The notes beneath the pieces were generated by a model. It was not told the DNA's origin, made no database searches, and worked only from the letters and a program-made list of their open reading frames with translations. A DNA stretch of 63,963 nucleotides, filler included, from Intoshia linei (lineage: Eukaryota > Animalia > Orthonectida), in NCBI GenBank assembly GCA_001642005.1. It is 7 parts of 7 records of this genome, joined end to end, with 100 filler letters (N's around TTAATTAATTAA, not from the genome) between each part and the next. Parts side by side here need not be neighbours in the genome. Positions count along the whole stretch, not along the records: positions 8,745 to 23,465 come from LWCA01000947.1; positions 23,566 to 35,988 come from LWCA01001090.1; 5 more parts are not named here. One strand, written 5' to 3'. The position numbers were made by a program, and so were the translations under genes. The first letter of the stretch is position 1. Each line of letters opens with the position of its first letter. This document shows, in pieces, positions 12,665-24,798 of this stretch.

Positions 12665-14423
12665 ATGTCCTTAAAACGTAGATTTAAAAACGCTTATAAT
12701 CAAAGCTTGGAAGATAATTTATTTGAAAAATTAGATGGTCAAATTTCTCCAATTATAGTTAGTATGATTTATTATAAACAATCATCAAATCACGAAAGTC
12801 GACAGACTAATAGCGTAATAATAATACATTTAATAATTTAAAACATTTACATTTAATTTTTAAAGAAACTCGCTGATACTAGAGGAGATAAGTACAATAT
12901 ATCTTCAGCTTGGATAAATAAAGTAACTTATGACGAACCAAAGAATAATTATACAATGAGTGGGCATACGGTCATAGCCAGTATTGAACGTAAACGAATA
13001 GACAGAGCTGTTGGACGCTTCAAGTACCTTTTGGAAAATGTTAACAAAGCTGCATGTGAAAATGAATTATTAACAACTATGAGTTATTTGGCCAATTCAA
13101 ATTGTCTTCAAATCCACAAAATAATTTTGCTTTTTAAAACAAAATTTGAAGATTTGTTCAAAATAGTAATTGTCACTAATTTATTTTTAAATAAAAAAAT
13201 TTAGCCTATAATTAATAAAATCAAGGAATGCTTGCAATATCCATTTTCTATTGCACTAAATACCTTTTTTCAGTGCCCAACCATATTGGCACTGCAAATT
13301 GTCAGAGAGAACATAAACACGGAAACTTCAAAGCTAGCTGATATTTTACTTATAATAAATACGATTTTAAACGATGATGTAATATTCAAATTACTTTTAC
13401 AATGTATATCAGAGGTGGTAATCTGTGTAGTCATTGACTATAAAGCAATTTTAAAAAATTTTATAAAATATTTCAATTTTTCAATATAACGGTATGTCAA
13501 GATTACGCCAAGCAGGATTATGCAGTATTTTGTATATAAAGATTTTAAAAATATATTAATTTTAATTTTTACATTACTGAGAATCACTGTAAAATGGCCA
13601 TATTCCATGATGATATAAATACACCACCTTGAGTCATGATCTATTTTATTCAATTTTTAAGGAAATTGTTGAATTGAATAATCAATTAAAAATCGAAAAT
13701 TTAATTTTATCTACTGCTCTAAATGTAACATCCCAAAATAAGAAAAGTTGTGAAAGTATTATTGCAGGAATGTTCAATAAAAAGAAAAATATGAATAAAA
13801 ATATTTGGTTTAGTGATTTGAAACAACTTACAAAGGTAATTTCATTGGTATGTTTAGTTATAGTTTTTAAAACACATTTAAATTGAAAGTATTGGGTTCG
13901 ATGCAAATTATATTAAAATTTTAATCAATCATAAGTGTAGTTTTTAGAAATAAATTGAAAAAACTCAACCTAAATCATGTCGATTCGGTAATCAAATTTT
14001 TTGTATTGTACAAAAATATAACAAAAAAGGGGTCAAACTTTTTAGAATAGGGACAGTAAAAAATATTTAAATTAATTTTTTTGGGCCTCACTCCATTTTC
14101 TTAAACCAGCCTTATAATTATAATAATTCTTAATATCATACGGTATTAATTTTGTTAAAAGATTTAATTAGATTAACCTGAATGATGCATACAATATATA
14201 CGTAGTTTTAATAAACTTGATGAATAAAAGAAATAAATATATACTACGAAAAATTTTTAATGAATATTCAAAAATTTCTGGGATTTCTGTTGAAAGTCTG
14301 TTTAATGATTATAATTCAAAACAATCTGAAAAAACTGGATACCAAAATATTGGTACATTAAATTTGAACGAGTATAAGTTGTAAATTTAGTCAATTCTAT
14401 TACCAAACCAATACATTTTTTAA
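12665..14423 (+). CDS. Hypothetical multi-exon protein (~350 aa, helical, no recognised family). Exons approx 12665-12814, 12866-13165, 13205-13417, 13502-13524, 13634-13835, 14172-14351, 14391-14423
   Basis: GT-AG junctions join ORF-track fragments 12956, 13232 and 13629 in frame (MSLKRRFKNAYNQSLEDNLF...). The small exon and the 3' end are tentative. Confidence 0.65.
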
Positions 14424-15007
14424 CAAGACAAGTGCAACAATTATTAAACCAGGAACATATAAAATACAATTTAATACTTTTTATTGTCATGTCTAAGCGA
14501 AAGGTAATTTATTTACGTTTAACGGGCAGTTCATTCAAACTGATCATTTTCAGCGGTGACCACAATAATTTTACATTTTGGTTGTAAATTACATTTTAAC
14601 ATTAAAATTACTTGGAATACCCTTTCAACATTACTTAACCATCTTTAATTAAAAATTCAATACTGCACCATGCAGATTATTTATAATTGATGGATTCAAG
14701 TAAATAAACCCAGAAAATTCAAAGTTAAAATTAAATGTAAAAAATCAACCATTTCTAGGAAATGTGTGGAAAACCAATGTTTATTTAGTATATTTATATT
14801 TAGTCATTTAAATTTTGATTCTGACAGTCCAATTTTTAGAATTTGCTAAAATATACAAAACTATACTACAAACTGTTTAATACAACACTGATCGAGCAAT
14901 GTAGGAATAGATGTAGCTCACAAATCAGCACATTAATTAGAAGATCCATTCGAAAAATTGAATCGGATAAATATAATTAGTTTTAATAAAAAAATGTATA
15001 CATGGGT

Positions 15008-17658
15008 TCATGAGGAAACAAAATTTGATGTTAATCGTTTAAAAAACGATTTTTCTTGGGTCGGTTCAGACATTTCCATTTTATTGTCGGAATTGAATGT
15101 CTCTACATTTGAATAATCGTTCAATTGTTGCATTTCTGGATTATTCATTTGTTGTTCATGCATGGCTATTTGAGTGTGAGGTGAATTTTGAATATTAGCT
15201 ACAATTGAAGGTTAGGTGATATATTTAAAATCAAAAATATAAAAACCTTCATGAAAAGCTTGAGCACCAAACTTGGAAAACATAATACCCATACCCTCGA
15301 TTAACGCCAATAAGACTCCGCCAACGACAGCAGATCCAGCCATCGCTGCAGCACCCTCTATGAAATTAATTAATCATAATTTTACTTAAAAAATACGCCT
15401 AGCAGATAAAATTGCACCAGTTACAGCTCCGCTTGTTATCGAATTCCACGGATCTTCTTTTTTTCTTATATACACCATAGAACAATCAACAGCTGAAAAA
15501 AGACCTCCCCATACAGCGAAATTACCTATATTAAAATTCAAAAAATATACGCGTAATTATTACCTCCAGTAATAGGTGCTTTGAATTTTACTGAATTAAT
15601 GGCTCCGTGAAAGCGTTGATATTGACCCTAAAATTACAAAAATAAAATTAAAAATCGTAAACACATTAAAATTAATTATTTTTTCAATAAATTATCACTA
15701 GAAATTTAAAAATAATGACTATAGTTGAATATACCCGCATTATGACAACCAGGGGTGGTTGAGATTCGTCTCGTCGCGTAATATCATCCGACCGGGAGAT
15801 GCTACGCTTATTTTTAATTTATAATACATACCATGAAGCATTGCTTCAAATATGAGTTACGACCCAACTTGGATCATAACAATTTTAAAAACATACTACG
15901 CCTATAATCCTTACTTATATAATATGCTACGCAATATTTGTTTGTGTGTGTTCCACTTTATTTCAATAACTACCAGTCTTTAAATTTTATAAAGTCCACA
16001 TTTCAATTACAGTTTTTACCACGACATATAATAAGATAAATTTCAACCTCCCAAAATCACATCTTACGGGTCAAAAACCCCAATTGTTATTTTTTTTAAA
16101 ATCAATCGAGTTATAGAATTTCAATAAATATATATACTGATACAAATTTTAAAATCATATACATTATTATAAATTTAAATTTAAAAAAATTATATCTTCA
16201 GGGCCAAAACCCCAAATTACCCTTCTTTTTTTAATGAAAACATCCCTAGAATTTCAAAAAATTTACGGGTTTTACAGTTGTTTCCTGTTAAGACATACAA
16301 AAAATTTCAATCTGTATAAGTGAAGCTTTCACGGTCAAAAAAGCATTTTAGTATTCATATATTTTTTTTCCGAAATATTTTATTGAAACAAAAAATGTAA
16401 AATAATTAATAGTCGGTAAATTAAAAAAAAAGATTATTCTGATAGAGCTTATTCCAGTTGATATAAATACAAAAGTTTAACCTGAGAAATCTACGCATTC
16501 CCGATGAAAAATAATTTTTAATATATTATGAACCAATCAACCCGAGAAATCTACACATTCCCTATGAAAATTAATTTTTAATATATTATCAACCAATATT
16601 TTTCAAATATTTTGATTAAAATAAAAATTGAAAATGTAAATATTGATCCTACAATTTTAAAAACAAATGTGCATTGAACGTCTACACATTTCCAATAAAG
16701 AAATATGGGTAAAAATCTATATAATTCATTCCTTCGGATGAAAATATCCTAATAATGTGCCATCGGCAGAGCTAGGTCCTGTTTGTAAATAGACATAACA
16801 GTCAACCTAGTTTATATTTAAAATTGAATGTCTGTCTTTCTTGTATCGTATATTTAAAAAAACCAATTTCAAATACAGTTTTTCGCAGGAAATGTTGATA
16901 TTTATTTTTTAGTTTACGAATTTGATCCCTTCAGGGTAAAAAACCCAAAGTAACCTTTTTTATGAAAATGAAACATGTTACTAAAATTTTATATAACATA
17001 AATTCTGGTATAATTTTTTAAATCTTAAGCATTGTCATAAATGGCAACCTCAAAAAGTGGATTTTCACGGTCAAAATCCCACATTACCCTTTTTTTAAAA
17101 AATAAAAATTGTCCTAGAATTTAACAAAAAAAATACAGCTACTAGTTACATCCAGTGAACACGCAGAAAAAATTGCAATCTGATAAAGTGACGACTTCAC
17201 TTTTAAGTAATTCTTCTTTAAGTAATATTTTATTATTTAATTTATTTTTTCGGTAGAATTAAAAAAGTCCCCCTCGGTAGAGCTAGAATGGTGTTTGTAC
17301 AAAGTACAAAGGAATTTAAACGAAGGCGTGGAAAAAAATGATGAGTCATTTATTTGGTTTACATTTATTGGTAGTAAATATTTAGTAATTTTATTAAAAA
17401 AATAAAATTATGTAACTACCTAATATATGAAAATTTATAAAATTGAAAAATTACCGATGGTGCATTTCTGTATCCAACAATTGAATGAAAAATTGAACCA
17501 CCTATGGCTCCCATTGAAAAAGCTCCTCCACAGTCATATAAAATTCTGTAGGGACTATAAACAACATTAAATAAAAGGTTACATTTTATAAGACAACAAA
17601 ATGTAAATGTAGTATACGAAAAATGTATATACCAAGGTTCTCTGTCGTAATGTGTCAT
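15008..17658 (-). CDS. TIMM17: Mitochondrial inner-membrane import translocase subunit TIM17. Exons 17658-17633, 17554-17455, 15627-15564, 15525-15397, 15357-15247, 15198-15008
   Basis: Spliced product [28 protein letters not shown]...[44 protein letters not shown]...[10 protein letters not shown] carries the Tim17 signature. Confidence 0.95.
15908..16810 (+). mobile_element. Full-length non-autonomous Helitron-like element in a TIM17 intron
   Basis: Inserted between A and T with no TSD. 5' TCCTTACTTATATAATATGC followed by a TTTG/TG microsatellite; 3' end ...CAACCTAG. Internal 60-bp duplication near 16478-16600. Confidence 0.8.
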
Positions 17659-18369
17659 ATTTGTTTGAGTAAATTAATAACAGTATATTTTCCAGTCGTA
17701 TTAAAAAAGTTAACCTTAATTCTAAATTAGAATTTCTAATGATAATGTATATTTATTACATGGATACATTAAATTTTTGAACATTAGTTTATTAATTAAA
17801 ATGAAATTATAATTATTGTCGAAATTTTTTTTATATTTCGTGTTTTTAGACGGGTTCAAATCGTATTTTACTAAATTTAAATATTTCGTGTTTTAAGTTT
17901 TTAACTAACTACATTAAATCTATAATTGTAATCTTATATTAATTTATAATTTAATTAAATTTTAATCGTGTTTAGGACAAAAATTTTTCGTTTTGTTCGT
18001 ACATATTACCCAACTCGATTCTATGCAGAACTCTAGTATGTATTTTGATTCGAAGAGTTTATCATTATTTCCATTAGTATTCAATTGGTATACAAAATAT
18101 GAATTCGTACTACGGTTTTGTAGAAAGATTATTAGATTATAATTTTTAAAAATAAATACTGATTAGCCAGTATATTACAGTCAGGTCTAATTAATTCAAC
18201 CTCAGAATGAATAGATTATTATAAACCAGTTAAAGCAAAATGTATGCATAAATTTAAAAGATCATATTGGTCCCTACAAATCCCAGTTAAGAATGAAATG
18301 TTGGTGAACCTACCAATATTACAAAATAAAAACATTTTATGGTGATTACACCAGATAAATTATAATTTA

Positions 18370-18996
18370 CTAGGTTGAATGTTATGTACTACGTAGAAAC
18401 AGGACCTAGCTCTGCCGAGGGCACATTTTTATTATTTACGTTGAAAATCTAATTTAAAAATCCTACTATTCACTATTATCAATCCTTTAAAGGAGTGGTT
18501 CCCAAATTTGTGTCAGGTGGAACTATCATATCACATTACTTTTAACTTTAAAGTGAATTATTCCATTATAATTTTTTTGTTAACATTTGCGTAAAGAATT
18601 TTAAAAACAATTATCTTATTTTTTTAATTTATTAGACAGAATGTTTGTATAATATTAAACATAAATTAAAAACAGTCTAAAAAACTGTACCACGTGTAAA
18701 TTTTTTGAAATTCTAGGGCTGTTTTCATTAAAAAAAGAATGGTAATTTGTGGTTTTGCCCTGAAGATATAATTTTTTTAAATTTTCCAACTCGTTTGATT
18801 ATCAAAAAGAGAAACAATTGGGGTTTTTGACCCGTAAGATGTTAGTTTGTGAGGTTGAAATTAAGTTTGCGAACACCCCGGAAAAAACTGTAATTGAAAT
18901 GTGAACTTTATAAATTTCTAAGAAGGGTAGTTATTTAAATAAAGCTGAACACACACACACAAACAAAAATCGCGCAGCATATTATATAAGTTAGGA
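18370..18996 (-). mobile_element. Full-length non-autonomous Helitron-like element (shorter variant)
   Basis: Minus strand reads A|TCCTAACTTATATAATATGC...CAACCTAG|T, the same termini as 15908-16810. Confidence 0.8.
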
Positions 18997-20099
18997 TTTT
19001 CTGAATCAATAAATGTAATTATTATAATAATAATATTAAGTTTATTTTCTTGAAACTAATTTGAGATAATATTTGTATAATAGAATCGGTAGATTGTAGT
19101 TATATTTGTATTTTTTTTTGTGGTTCTCAACGTAATATCAACTTTATAAAATAAATAATTTTCTTTTAATTTATGGAAAAAATTATAATATTCATCGTTT
19201 TATTTTATTTAAAAGGTATTTTTGTATCAATTTAGCCATTTAGGAGTGTGGTATATACTATGTACCACACGCGGCGTAATTAAGTAGGTGCATCACGACA
19301 TTTTTAACTATAATTCAGAATTGAATACAAAATTAAATTAATAAAAAATACAGGGTGATTAATTTATAAATTTCAACATGTTTGTGTAAGACAAGGGTTC
19401 CGCCTATGGCGCATGGCATCATTCGAGGTACCACATTGCAAATTTTGATAAATTGAAGTTTAAATTGTAAGTAAGATTTATTTTCTTTCAGTAATCCGAT
19501 ATTTTGGAGTTATAACCTGACCACTTTCCGAATTTACTGGAAAATCTGTCACCTTATATTGGTTAATCTTAATTTAACAAGATAATCCTCATCATGAATA
19601 TACCGTCATTTTAATTCTATCTATCCACTTAATAAATAAGTCTAAATTAATGAATGATTTATTATATTTCTTGAACAACAGTCTTATGCTCTCAGTGACC
19701 CATTTAATTCAAATTATTTGAAAATGTTAAACCAAAACAACCCTAAAATTTCCTTAATTAAGGACCACTACACAGTATGTCTTTATATTGTAAAAAATAT
19801 AAAAATTATTTTAAAATTATAATAGTTTATATTTCTATACGTATAAATTCTATTAGTAGCCATATGTTCATGTTAGTGTAGCTATATTTAATTATTTTTT
19901 TTTTAATTTTAGATTTATTTAATTTAACTATATATGTATGATGTATTAACTTTTTTAGTATACATCCCAGTGAATTGTGTACAATACTGTCATTATGTTG
20001 TTGAATTAAATAGACAAACAAATTTAACATTATATAGGTAAATTTTATAATGATTATTACTGTTCGTTTTACGTTTGAATGTGATGTGTGCAATTGTGT

Positions 20100-20400
20100 T
20101 TTATGGACGTCCATTCTCTGGAGCGACATTCGTTTGATGAAGATTTTGAAGATATTTTTGGGACCAAAATTATGTAAGGTTTTTAAGGTAATTTTTTTAA
20201 TACTCAATTTTCAAAGATTTTGAAAATTTCATAAAAAGTTAAAAATATTCCCTTCAAAACCCTACAAAATTTTGGTCATTGTCATTAAAGAACCTTGAAG
20301 AAACCACAGAAATATTGTCAAAAAATAAATATTATGATTAATTAACAAAATCGATGATTATGCCGCTCTAAGATGTATCGTTCAATTCAATGTTAGTTAG
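20100..20400. repeat. Dispersed repeat with internal inverted arms; second copy in opposite orientation at about 30170-30490
   Basis: Shared GGACCAAAATT...AGGTTTTTAAGGTAA blocks, and the AAAATCGATGATTATG.C.CTCTAAGATGTAT block at 20348-20378 appears reverse-complemented at about 30187-30218. Confidence 0.6.
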
Positions 20401-20866
20401 AATTGAACTGAATGCGAATAAAATCCACTTATATCAAGGAAGAGGATGAAAATTATTTATAACCAAAACAGTGTATTGGATTGAAATTAGGTTCTTCCTC
20501 TTAAAAATAGGCAAACGTTAGTATTTTGCCTTTGTTGTTGAGAAATGTGTATTTTCAATTAGATTTTGATTATAATTGATTTTTATTTCATAAATATTTA
20601 TCTCATTTTCTAAACAATTTCCCCAAATCTACCTATTTCTAGCAATTCATTAAATCGTGCTACTTTATAGCATATCATAGGCCAATCAGTTTTAATGAGT
20701 ATTTGAAACCCACTATAGTATGAATTATGGAAAAAGATATTTTTACATGATGTTTCATAGATATGAAACTTTAGGGAAATTTATATTGATGTGAAAAAAT
20801 TGTTTAAAAAATGCGAAAAGTGTTTAGGAAGATTAATTTAGTCTTATAAAACTTATTCAAAAATAG

Positions 20867-22541
20867 CACCTATAAGGGATATGTGGATACATCTAATAAA
20901 CTAATTTTCAACGAAAAAAATCATTTGACTGTGAACGACTGTAAATTCCGTGTACCTGTTCATCCTCACCAGTTGGGTGATTATGTCATCAAATTCTTAA
21001 GTACATATGGTCAAAAGTAATTACTCTCATTTTCTTTTAATGTACTTTTTTTAGAATGGTAGATATTTGCAAAATTACTGTAGTGTATTATTATAGTATA
21101 GAAGTAATAGGTCTAGTAATTGGTTGGATTTATTTCGTTGCTTGGTCTGTATCCTTTTATCCACAAGTGTATCTAAATTTTAAGAAAAAAAGGTTTTTTG
21201 TTTATTAATTTTTAATTCTCTGTTTGCATTGTCTAACTAAATATTTATTTTAGTGTTATAGGCCTCAACTTCGATTTTTTGGCTTATAATATAATTGGTT
21301 TTGGAGATTATTTGATTTATTTGCTCATATTCTATATACTATCTTTTTATGTAGGATATAGTACATTATTTTATACAAAATCTATGTTATAGATGTTGGG
21401 ATGGAATTTAACCTAAAAAATAATTTTTTTATGTGTTTTTCACCGTATTATATCGGGTGTTATAATGTGCATTGCACATTGTGCAATATAAATATTTGAT
21501 CTCTAGAACTGATAACTCCGTGACGCGAATAATTAAACAATACTTTAGCGACCCATGTCTTTACGCGATTATATGAAATTGCCTGTGATGCACAACAGAT
21601 GAACTGTTCCCAAATGCAATTAAAATTATGTTTAAATATTGATGAAAATTGTAATTTTGAATAAAAAACAATTATTCAAATTCATATATATATTTTGATA
21701 ACTCTTGTTTGAAATTACTGGTCCAATATTTAAATTTTTTAATGATGGTTTAAAATTTTACATTCTTATTTTAATTTTAATACACTTTAGCATTCATCAT
21801 ATTATCTAGCAGACCAAATTAAATTAAATGATATAATTTTCGCTGGACATGCCTTCATTTTAACATTTATAACAATTATGCAATGCGTTTTTTACAAGGT
21901 ACTTTAAACTTTTCATATTTTACATACATTCAAACCTCAATTTAAATAACATCAATCCAGAAATTCAGTAAAAATTTTTTTGAAATATTAGCGTTTCAAA
22001 GAAAAGTTTTTGCTTTTGTAGCGGTGGCGCTGAAAAACGTTTGGCGACCAATGTATTATGTTACACAGCAGAAAAAAATATCGATAATCCAATTCCATCA
22101 GAAAGTATTCGTCCAATAAAGGCACTTTAATGCATCGATCACCTAGAATATTATTTTTTTGATAACTATATTGAGGGACTAATTGGATTGCCGGTAGTAA
22201 AGATACAATACTATATAATAGATAAAAAACTTATTTATTAAAAATTTTTTTTAAAAAATAAAACAATTTGCTTGTTCGTTAACTTTATGTAACGAAAATT
22301 AATTTTCTGGAAAGTAGCTGTTGGTTAAATTGAGGTTTTACTGTGTATTTATTGACACTTATTATTTTAGCGAGGCGGTCAAGTTTTATCAAAATTTGTA
22401 TACGTATTTATGATTCTTTCTGGATTTTATGTTTTTATCTTATTTATTGTTTGCCTTACAACAAAATTATCAATATTACAAACTATAAATTACACCTCTT
22501 ATATAAAAATCGCTACATCAGTTATAAAATATATTCCACAG
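20867..22541 (+). CDS. CTNS: Cystinosin (PQ-loop lysosomal cystine transporter), partial. Exons approx 20867-21017, 21055-21192, 21254-21350, 21791-21898, 22371-22541; 5' exons uncertain and 3' exons missing
   Basis: Spliced [37 protein letters not shown]...NDIIFAGHA...YKRGGQ...[15 protein letters not shown] matches the cystinosin PQ motifs. Confidence 0.9.
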
Positions 22542-22849
22542 GTATATTATAATATTGATAATAAACATACACTCTGTTTATTATGTAATGCATATTTAGA
22601 ATAAGTGCTATAAAAATATATTGTTCGAAGTTTTTCGAAAAATAAAACCATAGGCTAAGAGCAGTAAAGAAAGGCGCACAAAATGAGTCTCAGACAAACA
22701 GAATATACAATGTATATCTACTAAAAATTACGTAGAGTCTGTACAAACATAAAAATCAACTGTTTAATAAGTAATGCATAATAGATGACATGTCTAAATA
22801 ATATAGTCAAAAATGCATATAATTAATTTTAATATTTAATATATTAAAA

Positions 22850-23465
22850 GAAAATAATATTACTAATACTTTGTAGTATCTTTTATTCAAAATAACCTCA
22901 AACATCCTATTCTTCATTGAATCGTACAAACTCGAGATGACAGAACGTGGCAGCAACTGCCAGGCTCTTTTAATTTCATCTTTCCGATCCTGAATACTAT
23001 CATATGTCCTATTGCCTTCGTATATACTATGTGTCAATATTCCCCAAACATTCTCGATCGGGTTCAGGTCGGGAGACCTTGATGGCCAGTTCAAGATTGT
23101 TAATCTTTTATGGCTAAAATACTCTTTGGTTGACCTTGACGTGTGTACAGAGGCATTTTATTGTTAAAAAATTTTGAATTTTCTTCTATGAGGTAATAGG
23201 TATGTAGTCAGAGTATTCTGACTCCCCAAAGAATTCACATTATCGCTTAAGAAGCAAATCTTAGTTTTACCTGATGAAAAGAATGCTCCCCATACCATGA
23301 CACCTCCTCCACTGGCTTATCTAGACCTCTTCGAAAGTAATTCTTTTCTCACGTCATGCCAATAATGCGTATAACCATCTGGCTCATCTAATGTCCATCT
23401 TTTCTAATCCGAGAAGCAAACTTGTTTCCAATTCATGCTCATGTTCTCTCTGGCGAATTCTAAGC
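22850..23465 (-). mobile_element. Tc1/Tc3-like DD34E transposase pseudogene
   Basis: CFSD*KRWTLDEPDG, GGGVMVWGAF and WPSRSPDLNPIENVWG, with in-frame stops and 34-residue spacing before E. Confidence 0.88.
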
Positions 23466-23789
23466 NNNNNNNNNNNNNNNNNNNNNNNNNNNNNNNNNNN
23501 NNNNNNNNNTTAATTAATTAANNNNNNNNNNNNNNNNNNNNNNNNNNNNNNNNNNNNNNNNNNNNGCCTTATTTTGGTTTGTATACAAACCAATGTAAAT
23601 TTATGAGTGTAGTTTTTGGAATCTATACATGCAATTGTCTCGTAAAGCTTAAAATAAATTTCGTAAAATTTTTTGAAAATGAAAAATTGCGTAGCAATAA
23701 AAAAATGCAAAGGAATGAATTATAATTTATATTACAATTATAATTATATAGATTTTCATCCATATTTCTTTATTGAAAATGAGTAGACG

Positions 23790-24410
23790 TTTAATGCATC
23801 TTTTTTTGAAATTGTAGGATCAATATTTACATTGTCAAATTTTACTTTTCGAAATATTTGAAAAATATTGGGTTGATAATATATTAAAAATTATTAATCA
23901 GCGGCAATGCGTAGATTCCTGGGGTTGAAATTTTGTGTTTATATCAACTGGTATAACGTATATCGGAATATATATTTTTTTAATTGTTGGACCGTAAATT
24001 ATTTCACATTTTTTGTTTTAATAAAATATTTTCGAAATAAAATGAATATAAATATGTACTAAAGTCTTATTTGACCGTGAAGGCGTGACTTCTTCAGATT
24101 GATAATTTTTGTGTGTTTACAGGATACAACTGTACCACATGTAATTTTTTTTAAATTTTAGGGCGATTTTCATTTAAAAAAAAAGGTAATTTGACGTTTT
24201 GGTCCTATAGATAGATTTTTTTAAATTCCTTAACTTGTTTGATTTTATAAAAAATGATAAACAGGTTATTGACCCGTACGATGTGAGTTTCTGAGGTTAC
24301 AATTTATCTTACTTTCACCCCAGATAAAACTGTAATAGAAATGTGGACTTTATAAAATTCAAATAAACGATAACACACAGAAAACAAAGCGTTTTATATA
24401 ATTAAGGATA
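23790..24410 (-). mobile_element. Helitron-like family copy
   Basis: Reverse-complement match to 15908-16700. Confidence 0.7.
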
Positions 24411-24798
24411 AGAAAATTAACATTGTTAATCGAGGAGACTAGTCTAACCAATCTAACTAATGTGAAACCCAATATAGAAAAATTTTTGTCAATAATGAAG
24501 AGCAAGATTCTTATTTTTATAATATGTCGATAATATGTAATAATGAAATTGTGTATAATATGTCATTTAGGTCCTTGAAAAGTCATCAATTTAATTTTAA
24601 ATTGTTTTATCTATATTGTCATCCATGGTACAATATCTTCTTTGATTAGAAAGGGTTTAGGGAGAGTTAACCTAAAAAAGGTTGAGTACCCCTGATACAG
24701 ACGATTATAAATTAATAATTCTTTTCCTAAAAACTAGATAACTTATTAAAATTTATACGTTTAATTTAAATTTTAATTAATGAAAAAATTTAATAGCT

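Noticed and set aside
19245-19272. Hairpin GTGTGGTATATACTATGTACCACAC as a miRNA or ncRNA
   Set aside because: It is too short for a pre-miRNA and is probably a transposon subterminal palindrome.
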